DNA of 64,000 nt, from the NCBI GenBank assembly GCA_034520945.1, contig JAXHNB010000005.1, positions 768,001-832,000 of the forward strand, in the 5' to 3' direction. Positions 28,305 through 37,402 of this stretch are shown here, piece after piece. Within the stretch, counting starts at the first letter, position 1, and each line of letters opens with the position of its first letter. The translations under genes were made by a program, and so were the position numbers. The notes beneath the pieces are model-generated. The model saw nothing but the letters and a program-made list of their open reading frames with translations, had not been told where the DNA came from and did not search any database. Origin of the DNA: Trueperaceae bacterium. GTDB lineage: Bacteria > Deinococcota > Deinococci > Deinococcales > Trueperaceae.

Positions 28305-28473
28305 ACCGGGGACTGTAGCACGGGCACGTGGTGCGCCAAGGCGCCGTGGACACGCGGTTTCGGGCGCAGGGACGTTCGTCTCTACGAGCCGCGGGGCGAC
28401 CTCGGACATCCTGATCCGGGAATCGCGCCTCGGACCGCAGCCGCGGCGTGCCACCACGACGGGAGCCTGCCGC

Positions 28474-29853
28474 ATGCCCGACACGGACGACCTGGCCACG
28501 CTGCTCGCGCGGCACGACAAGCCAGGGCCTCGCTACACCTCGTACCCCACCGCCACCCTGTTCCACGACGGCGTGGACGAGGCCGCCTACCAGCGGGCCC
28601 TCGCCGACGCCGCCGCCGTGGACGCGCCCCTGTCCCTGTACGTGCACCTGCCGTTCTGCGCCGAGCGGTGCCTGTACTGCGCCTGCAACGTCGTCATCAC
28701 CCAGCACCCCGAGGTCAGCGAGCCCTACCTCGAGCACCTGCGCCGCGAGATCGACCTCGTGGCGACGCACCTCGGCACGGCCCGTCCCGTGCGGCAGTTC
28801 CACTTCGGCGGCGGCACGCCCACCTACTACGCCCCCGCGCAGTTGGCCGAGTTGATGTCCTACCTGCGGGCCCGCTTCGCGTTCGAACCGGGGGCCGAGG
28901 TGGCGCTGGAGGCCGACCCGCGGGTGACCACCACCGAGCATTTGGAGGTCCTCGCCGACCACGGCTTCAACCGACTGTCGCTCGGGGTGCAGGACTTCGA
29001 CCCCCGCGTGCAGGAGGCCGTCCACCGCGTACAGGGCTTCCAGGACACCATGCGCCTGGTCGAGGCCGCCCGGCGCTACGGCTTCACCTCGGTCAACGTC
29101 GACCTGATCCACGGCCTGCCGTACCAGACGCCGAGCTCCTTCGCCCGGACGGTCGACCAGGTGCTGCGGATGGCCCCCGACCGGCTGGCGGTGTACTCCT
29201 TCGCGCACGTGCCGTGGATCGCGCCGCACCAGAAGCGCCTGCCCGAAGACGCCATCCCCCGCGGCGAGGAGAAGTACCGGCTGCTGGCCACGGCGCGCGA
29301 GCGCCTCACCGGCGCCGGTTACCTCGACGTCGGCATGGATCACTTCGCCCGGCCCGACGACGAGCTGGCCCAGGCGCAACGCGAGGGCCGCCTGTCGCGC
29401 AACTTCATGGGGTACACGCCGGTCCGCGCCGGCGACGTGATCGGCCTGGGCCTGTCCGCCATCGGCGAGGTGCAGGGCCGCTTCGTGCAGAACCACCGCA
29501 AGCTGAACCGCTACCAAGATGCGGTGGCGGCGGGCCGGCTGCCCACCGCGCGCGGCTACGAGTTGAGCGACGACGACCGCGTGCGGCAGCACCTGATCCG
29601 CGAGTGGATGTGCAACCTGCACCTTCCCGTCCGCGACCTCGAAGCGCGCTTCGGCATCGCGTTCGACGCCTACTTCGCCGAAGAACGAGGCGAGATCGAC
29701 GCCCTGGTGCGGGACGGGTTCCTGGAGCCGAACGAGGACGGCTTCCGCGCCGGCCCGCTGGGACGCATGTTCCTCCGCAACGTCGCCATGGTGTTCGACC
29801 GGCACCTGCGCGAGCGCACGCCGGACCGGCCGACCTTCTCACGAACGGTGTGA
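28474..29853 (+). CDS. hemN: oxygen-independent coproporphyrinogen III oxidase
   Basis: GPRYTSYP, YVHLPFCAERCLYCAC, GGGTPT, RLSLGVQD, GMDHF and RNFMGY motifs. Confidence 0.95.
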   Translation: MPDTDDLATLLARHDKPGPRYTSYPTATLFHDGVDEAAYQRALADAAAVDAPLSLYVHLPFCAERCLYCACNVVITQHPEVSEPYLEHLRREIDLVATHLGTARPVRQFHFGGGTPTYYAPAQLAELMSYLRARFAFEPGAEVALEADPRVTTTEHLEVLADHGFNRLSLGVQDFDPRVQEAVHRVQGFQDTMRLVEAARRYGFTSVNVDLIHGLPYQTPSSFARTVDQVLRMAPDRLAVYSFAHVPWIAPHQKRLPEDAIPRGEEKYRLLATARERLTGAGYLDVGMDHFARPDDELAQAQREGRLSRNFMGYTPVRAGDVIGLGLSAIGEVQGRFVQNHRKLNRYQDAVAAGRLPTARGYELSDDDRVRQHLIREWMCNLHLPVRDLEARFGIAFDAYFAEERGEIDALVRDGFLEPNEDGFRAGPLGRMFLRNVAMVFDRHLRERTPDRPTFSRTV

Positions 29854-29945
29854 GTGGGGGGCGCGCCGGTCGGTCCTGCGTTCGCGGCATGTTGGCAGCC
29901 GCGGCGCTGGCCGGGTATACTTCCCGCCGGCTTCGGCCCGCGTGT

Positions 29946-30021
<76 letters not shown>

Positions 30022-30033
30022 CCGTGAGGGAAT

Positions 30034-30066
30034 GGACGCGCGAACACGGTTCGCGCGTCCGATTTC
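30034..30066 (+). terminator. probable terminator hairpin after tRNA-Trp
   Basis: 12-bp stem GGACGCGCGAAC-ACG-GTTCGCGCGTCC followed by GATTTC. Confidence 0.6.
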
Positions 30067-30592
30067 GTGTGGGGTCGCCGCACGGGAGATGCAACATTTC
30101 GCAGGCTCCATACCCTCGAGGAAGACGCCGACCGCTCGGTCGGTCGTTGCGTGGGCACTTGTCCCCGACACGCAGGCCGTCCTGAGCAATACCCCAGTGT
30201 TGGGTGGTGGCGCCCGTGCACCACATGGAACTCCGCACAAAGTGACGAATGCACGTTGGATTTTTCACGTCGCTATGATCATGGGCTCCGACGGACATCC
30301 GAGATGGCCCAACGCGCGTGCCTCTACGCGAGCTCCGTTGGAGCATTTCGAATCTCCGTCCCGTGGAAGCCTCCGGCTTGCACGAGTCAGCATCGAGGTG
30401 GCATTGACGCCGGGACCCGTAGATTGGGCGCTGATCGGGACGGCCGAGCCAGTGGCGCAACCGACCAAAGATGCATCCATATTGGTGCTGGGATGGCGCA
30501 GCGCGCCGTAGACCCAGATCGTTCGAGGCGCCCTCGCGACCTTCGAGCGAACACTCCACGCTCTTCGAGGGGCAAAGGAGAGGGATGCAGAT

Positions 30593-32746
30593 ATGAAGCG
30601 GTTAGGACTGGCAGTACTTTTCGTTCTCTTGGTCGCCGCGTGCGGCACGCAACCGCAGGTGGCGTCATGGGTCGGAAGTGTGACCTTGGACCCCGCCGAC
30701 GGCGCGGTGGACGTTCCCGTCGACACCGACATCACGGCCACCTACGACTTCAGTCAAGGCGACATCGCGGACGCCGACATCGTGTTCACGGTGACGGCGG
30801 CCGAGTCCGAGACGGCCGGCGTGCACACCGCACAGGTCGCGGGCCAAACCACCGTAAACGTCGCGGCCGGCCAGGTAATCTTCGAGCCGGACGACGACCT
30901 GGCGCACGGCACCACCTACCAGGTGACCGCGCAAGGGAGCGTGACCCTCGACAACGGTGACACGCCCGAGGGCGAAGCGACCTGGAGCTTCACGACCGTC
31001 GAAGCAGAGCCCGAACCCGAGGAGCCCGCGTTCGACGTCACCCCCCCAGGGGACGACCCGATCGTGATCGACGACGCCTCGGGCGAAGGCTCGCCGGACG
31101 TTCAGGTCGACAACGCGTCCGATGGGCCAATCGACGTGAGCATCGTGTGCACGGACGAAGGTGGCGCCGACGCGGCCGGCTTCAGCGTGCAGCCGTCCAC
31201 CGTCGACCCCGACAGCGCGGCCCAAGTGACCGTCGTCGCGGGCGCCGCCGTTTCCGACGGGACCTACACCTGCGTCATCACTGTCAGCGACGGCGAGCAG
31301 AGCGTCGAGACCACCGTCGAGGTCGTCGTGAATCGCGACGATGACGGGCCGAGCGACGTCGACGGCTTGGGTCTACCCGACGATGGGTCGATCACCTTCA
31401 CCATCGACGACAGCGACCAGGGCTCGGCGGATTTCTCCGTCACGCGCGTGGATGGCTTCGGTGGGAACGTCACGCTGGTGGGCGAATGCTCCCAGGGCGG
31501 CCTGCAGGTCGAGAGCGTGACGAGCCCCCTGGTCGATCCCGCGACGGACGCCACGTTGGTCGTGAGCCTGGTAACCCCCGCCAACGGATTGGCGAACGGG
31601 ACGTACCCAGGGGCGTGCGAGATCACGGCCAGTGCGGACGGCTCGACCAATGCGACGACCACGGTGGACGTGGTGGTGGATCGCACCATCGACGGCTTCC
31701 AGCTTCCGGGCAGCGACGGAACCGGCATCACCGTCACCGTCGACGACGGCAACGATCCGGCCACGCATGCCTTGAGCATCGCGCGCGCGAACAACTTCGA
31801 TGAGGAAGTGACGCTGAGCGTAGAATGCTCCGCGACCGGCGACGGCAGCGACATCGCGGCCTCGCTTCAGCCCGAGGCCACGACCGAAGACAGCAGCACC
31901 TTGACCGTCGACGCACCGGGCGTGCCGAACGGCACCTACACGGACGCATGCACCGTGACGGGGACCGCACAAGGCTCGACCGACTCCAGTACGAACGTGA
32001 CGGTCATCGTGGACCGGACGGTGGAGGGGATCGACTTCTCACCGACGGATGCCAGCCTGACGTTCACGATCGAAGGCACGGCGGATTCGAACACGCAGGC
32101 GGTCGAGATCGCCCGCGCGAACGGCTTCGACGGTGCAGTGAACATCACCGGCACCTGCGCGAGCGAATCGGGCATCACCTTCGATCCGGTCACGATCGCC
32201 GCAGGCGACACCACGGCGAGCGTCACGGTGCACGCGGACGAAGGCGTCAGCAACGACAGTCAAGGCTACGACTGCACGCTCACCGGCTCCGGCGACGGCT
32301 CCGAGGACGCGACGCTCGACGCCACCGTCGAAGTCGACCGCTTCGTGAATACACGCATCGTGCCGTTGAGCACGACCTGCGAAAGCGGCACCGCCACCGG
32401 CGAGAGCTGCGAGGTCCTGGTCCACCTCATCAACTTCGAGGACGACTTCTACGGGTTCGAGTTCGGATTCTCCTTCGATCAGGGCAACTACGCGATCAAC
32501 GAGAACGCATCCGGCCTTGGGTCGTTGACGTCGCACTTCGACCTCGACGCCGTGTCGAGCACGACCGCTGCGGGCGTCGAGCCCCTGAGTGGCGATGCTG
32601 CGACCGGCAGCGGCGAGATCTACGTGCTCGTCGTCGAGCGCGTCGCCACGGGTAGCGACACGCTGAGCACCTCGGACGGTGAAGTGGTGCGCGACGACGG
32701 CTCTGCGATGTCGGGCCTGCCCGGCGCGGAGATCACGCTCCCATGA
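30593..32746 (+). CDS. acidic lipoprotein: Ig-like (SbsA/Big_5-type) domain, four Cys-paired Ig-like repeats, C-terminal cohesin-like domain
   Basis: Lipobox VAAC; PADGAVDVPVDT...DLAHGTTYQVT...WSFTT; repeats with RxxGFxGxVTL..C...GTY..C; C-terminus YGFEFGFSFD...GSGEIYVLVV...GAEIT resembles a cohesin (by eye). Confidence 0.75.
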   Translation: MKRLGLAVLFVLLVAACGTQPQVASWVGSVTLDPADGAVDVPVDTDITATYDFSQGDIADADIVFTVTAAESETAGVHTAQVAGQTTVNVAAGQVIFEPDDDLAHGTTYQVTAQGSVTLDNGDTPEGEATWSFTTVEAEPEPEEPAFDVTPPGDDPIVIDDASGEGSPDVQVDNASDGPIDVSIVCTDEGGADAAGFSVQPSTVDPDSAAQVTVVAGAAVSDGTYTCVITVSDGEQSVETTVEVVVNRDDDGPSDVDGLGLPDDGSITFTIDDSDQGSADFSVTRVDGFGGNVTLVGECSQGGLQVESVTSPLVDPATDATLVVSLVTPANGLANGTYPGACEITASADGSTNATTTVDVVVDRTIDGFQLPGSDGTGITVTVDDGNDPATHALSIARANNFDEEVTLSVECSATGDGSDIAASLQPEATTEDSSTLTVDAPGVPNGTYTDACTVTGTAQGSTDSSTNVTVIVDRTVEGIDFSPTDASLTFTIEGTADSNTQAVEIARANGFDGAVNITGTCASESGITFDPVTIAAGDTTASVTVHADEGVSNDSQGYDCTLTGSGDGSEDATLDATVEVDRFVNTRIVPLSTTCESGTATGESCEVLVHLINFEDDFYGFEFGFSFDQGNYAINENASGLGSLTSHFDLDAVSSTTAAGVEPLSGDAATGSGEIYVLVVERVATGSDTLSTSDGEVVRDDGSAMSGLPGAEITLP

Positions 32747-32813
32747 GCGCCGCAACCGGCACGTGCCCTGGCCAGCATCCATCCGAGTCCCGTACGTTCG
32801 AGCAGGAGTCCTG

Positions 32814-35800
32814 ATGCGACGTTTCGCTGTGTTTTCGGTTTTGTCCGTCTTGTTTGGGCTGTTCGTGTTGGCCGCTTGTGGTCGGTCGGCGGAGCCTGAG
32901 CGTTTTACGACTGTCACGCTTTCCGTGCCGGCTGAGGCTACGGCTGTTGAAGCGACGTTGGAGTTTGATCCGGAGGCGTTGGAGTACCTGGAGCTTTCGA
33001 GTGGTGGTATCGCTTCCGATGCCGTTGGTTCGGGGCGGGTGCGTCTTGCCGCGATCGATCCGAACCACGAGGGGGGCGCGTTGGTCACGGCTACGTTCCG
33101 CACCCGGCAATCGGGTGCCACGCCGAGTATCGCCAGCCTACAGGCGTACGATCCTGCGGGGGCTCCTCGCGATGGTGCTGTGAGTAGCATCGAGCGTGGT
33201 GTCGCTTCTCCGCCTGAGGGTGACGGTGACGCTGCTGGTGGTCTTGCGGCGCAGGCGATTCCTGCGGATCCTGTGCTTGAAGCGTCTTACGCGGACTACG
33301 TTCTTGGCAATGTCGATCAGACCGGCAGTGTCAGCATTGCGGATGCGAGTGCCGTTCTGAACATCGCGACGGCGACGGCTCCGTTCGATAGTCCTTCCGA
33401 TGTCCAGCTGTACCTTGCGGACTTGAACGGGAATCATGCGATTACGGTCAGTGATGCGGTTCTTGTTCTTCAGAACGTGGTTGACGATGATCTGGATGCG
33501 GATCTGGTGGTGAAACCGGATACGTTGGAGCTTGGCACCAACGATTCCGGTCTGATTCTGGTGGGGAATGCTGGGAATCAGCCGCTGCCTGAGTTGACGA
33601 TCACTTCGCCTGTGGGCATCACGTTGACGCCTCTGGATCCCGGCGTAAAGGACCACACGGCTGCGTATCAGGTGGAGCAAACCCAGGACGCCGAGAGTGG
33701 TCCCGTCCACATCGATGCCGGCACCGCCGGAAGCGCGACCGTCGGGGTGTACGTCGACGGCGAAGAACCCGTCCTCTTCGACGCGATCCGCATCAATGCG
33801 GGCGGCGACGGCGTACGACCGACATCGCTCGGCCACGACGTGGATCGCCGACGACTACTTCGACCGGACGGCAGTACGACCGTACAGCCGACCCGGGCCG
33901 AGGACGTCGACGGTACGACCGTCGACGACATCGCTGTACCAGAGCGAACGCTACGGGCGAGACCGACCTCGTTCGGGTACGGCATTCCCGTTCCCGATGG
34001 GCGAGTACGACCGTGGTGCTGCACTTCGCGGAGATCTACCACGGCGTTGTCCGCTGGCACCGAACAGCGGCGAGCGTGAAGGCGATCGCGTGTTCAGTAC
34101 GCGACGATCGAAGGCGACACGGTCCTCGACGGACTACGACGTGATGCGCGGATGACCGACGTCGGCCACCGCCGATCCAGAAGAGTCTTCGGCCCGTATC
34201 CAGGTGACCGACGGCACGCTGGACATCGAGTTCACCGCCTCCGTGGACAACGCCAAGATCTCCGCGATCGAGGTGGTGACGGCCGAACCGCAGGCTGGCA
34301 CAGCTCGACGCGTTGCCGATGCGCGCCGTCGACTTCGGTCGACCGTCGATCGACACGGCAACAGCGCCGCACATGACCGTGACCCTCGCCAACCTCGGTG
34401 AGCGCGGGCGATCCGACCATCGACGGTCAGACAGACGTCGAGCGTTCCGGATGGCGACTTCTGGCGACCGACGCTCAGCGGCGCGCTTCGAGCATCGACG
34501 CCCGGGCACCTCGACCATCGTTCGAGGTGACGTTCGCGCCCGCCGTCGACGGGCGTCCAGCGCCGGAAAGCCTCGACATCGTGCACGACAGCGGCTCCGA
34601 CGACCTCGTCTGCCGATTGCCGTTTCATTGGCGGGCGAAGGGCTTCGATCCCGCAGCGGCACCGGTCTCGTTCGGCTCGAGTGGCCTCGCGGGGGTCAGC
34701 CTCAGCAATCCGACGTCGTTGGACCTCGGCCCCGACGGCCGCCTGTACGTGTCCCAGCAGAACGGGATACTGCAACGCCTACACCGTCGGTGCGCGACGG
34801 CGCCAACGACTACTCAGGTGACCGACACCGAGACGATCGCGCTCGTTCAGGACATCCCCAACCACAACGATGACGACGGCAGCGCGAACGCAGGCGAGAA
34901 CGACCGGCAGGTCACGGGCCTGCTACGTGGCCGGCACGGCGCTCAATCCGGTGCTGTACGTGTCGTCGAGCGACCCGCGGATCGGTGCCGGAGGCGGACC
35001 CGACTCAGCGGCTCGGACACCAACTCGGGCGTGATCTCGCAGCTGACCTGCAACCTGCGCATCCGGAACTGACGCCTGTGACTGGACCACGTCGAACTTG
35101 GTCCGCGGTCTGCCGCGCTCCGAGGAGAACCACGCCTCGAACGGCCTCGACAGTACGACGCGAGTGAACAACGTGCTCTACCTCGACGCAGGGCGGGCAT
35201 ACCAACGCCGGTTCGCCGTCAGCAACAACTTCGCGCTCACCACCGGAGTACGCGCTGTCGGCCGCGATGCTGTCGGTCGACCTCGATGCGCTCGAAGCCA
35301 TGGAGGTCAAGTCGGACGCGTCGGGAGACTACGTGTACGACCTGCCGACGTTGGACGACCCGACACGCACCAACGAATCCGACGGCAGCGATCCCGGCGA
35401 TCCCTTCGGCGGCAACGACGGCCTCAACCAGGCCCGCATCGTGTTCGGCGGTCCCGTGCAGGTGTACTCGCCCGGGTACCGCAACGCCTACGACCTCGTC
35501 ATCACGCTGGTCTGGGCGAGCTCTACATCGTACGACAACGGCGCCAACGACGGCTGGGGCGGCTACCCCGAATACGAGGAGAGCTACGACTGCACCAACG
35601 CCTTCCTTTCCGGCGAACCTGGCTCGAGCAGTCCCGGTCCCGATCCCGCGGCCTACCTGGCGACGTGGAGCTGCACGACGGGAACTACGGCCACGGCGGC
35701 TGAGCGACGAGCAACCCGACAGCGAGGTCAACAACGAGGACAACCTGCACCACGTCCCCGCCCAGGGCTTCTACGGCGGTCACCCGACTCCGGTGCGCGC

Positions 35801-37323
35801 CAACCCCGGCGGCGCTGGCCTCTACGTCGACGGAGACTTCTACGACTCCTGGCCACGCCAACCTGCCCGACGACTGGCCGCCCGTTCCCGTCGATCGGGA
35901 CGTACAACGCCGTGGAGTGCGACTTCCGCAACCCCGAGACGTGGACGACGGCGCGCTCGCGATGGTCGGTTCGTCGACCAACGGCATCACCGAGTACCCC
36001 GCCAGCAACTTCGGCGGCGCCATGACAGGGCGACCTGCTGCTGTGCCAGCTACAGCGGCCGCGATCTACCGGGCCACAGCTCAACGCCTCCGGCGACGAC
36101 GTCACCGACGACGCCCGAGCAGCTCTTCTCCGGCTTCGGCTCGACGCCCGCTTGACGTGACCGCGCTGCCCGACGACAGCCGCTCTTCGCCGGCACCGTG
36201 TGGGCCGCCACCTACGGCTCCAACGACATCATGGTGTTCGAACCGGTCGACTACAGCGGCAACGGCTCGGGCGGCGGAGGGGGCGGCAGTCTCGATCGGA
36301 AGCTGCAGTACGGTCGCCGCCGAGAACCCCTCGGCGACGAGGACGGCGACGGCTACACCAACGCCGACGAGATCGACAATGGCACCAACCCGTGCTCGGC
36401 GGCGTCGACCCCGCCCGACTTCGACGGCGACGGCGTGTCCGACCTCCTCGATCCGAAGACGACGACAACGACAGTCATGCCCGACGCCACCGATCGCGTT
36501 CGCGCTCGGATGCCGACAACGGCACCACCACTGTCGCTTCCGGTCGAGTACGACCTGTTCTGGAATGACGATCCCGGCATCGGCTTCGGCGGCCTCGGCT
36601 TCACCGGTCTGATGACCAACGGGACAGCGATTACCTCGACGCTGTTCGATCCCGACGACGACCTGCAGCCTGGGCGGCACGTCCGGACTGCATGACCGAT
36701 CCAGTCGGTCGGCAGCCGGGCGACGCACACGATGACGAGGATGACGACAACACTGCAGGTCAACGCGCTGCAGTTCGGCATCGACGTCGACGACGGACAT
36801 CGATCCGGCCGAGGTTCACCATCGAGGTCCAGATCGACGCTCCTTCAACGGCGATGCAGACCCGGCAACTTCGCAGTCGTTCAGGGCTTCTACATCGGGC
36901 ACTGGCGACGCAGGACAACTACCTGAAGGTCGTCGTCAGACGACGGAGGCGACGGCGACGGCGGCATCGAAGTCGGTCCTCGAGGACCGGCGGTTCAGCC
37001 CTGTCGACTTGGCACGCGGTACCGACATCGACGGGCGTCCTGAGTTGTCGGAAGCTAGCTCGGTCCAGCTGTTCCTGGAGGTCGACCCGATCCGAGCGGC
37101 ACTCACGGCGCAGCCGAAGATACGCCGATCGATGGCGGTACGGTGAACAACGTCGGCACCGACAGCGCCGTTGGACGATCGCCCGCCAGCTGGCTCGACG
37201 CAAGCGACGACCATGGGCCTGGCAGTCGGCGTGATCGCCACCTCCACTCGGTGACGCCGCCGAGTTCGCCGCAACGTGGGAGTACATCTACATCCACGAG
37301 ACGTCGACGTCGACTAGCCCTGA
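32814..37323 (+). CDS. large lipoprotein: cohesin-like, dockerin, malectin, ASH-like Ig, sugar-dehydrogenase-like beta-propeller, TSP3-like Ca repeats, C-terminal beta domain (many apparent frameshifts after about 33800; end approximate)
   Basis: AGGAG SD and lipobox LAAC; dockerin duplex [33 protein letters not shown]...VLHFAEIY...[70 protein letters not shown], read across alternating frames. Confidence 0.6.
33243..33810 (+). repeat. copy 1 of the duplicated dockerin-linker cassette (looser similarity extends over about 32814-34290)
   Basis: Near-identical to 37864-38427; differences are mostly at third codon positions. Confidence 0.9.
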
Positions 37324-37402
37324 ACGATCGTGCTCGATGGGCCTGGGCGCAGCATGCGCTGCGCCTACGGGACCCACCGTACACTGCTAAGGAGTTGACC
37401 TG

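Noticed and set aside
27031..28473. 940-aa N-terminally extended HemN, and similar long extensions of MurA (9353), YvcK, MglA and the NAGPA protein in the ORF track
   Set aside because: The extensions run antisense to, or overlap, real neighbouring genes and reflect the scarcity of stop codons at high GC. Motif-supported starts lie downstream.
30330..30420. c-di-GMP-I (GEMM) riboswitch upstream of the lipoprotein genes (AAGCCTCCGGC resemblance)
   Set aside because: The GAAA-tetraloop stem and GCAAA junction motifs are missing. An Infernal search would be needed and visual support is too weak.
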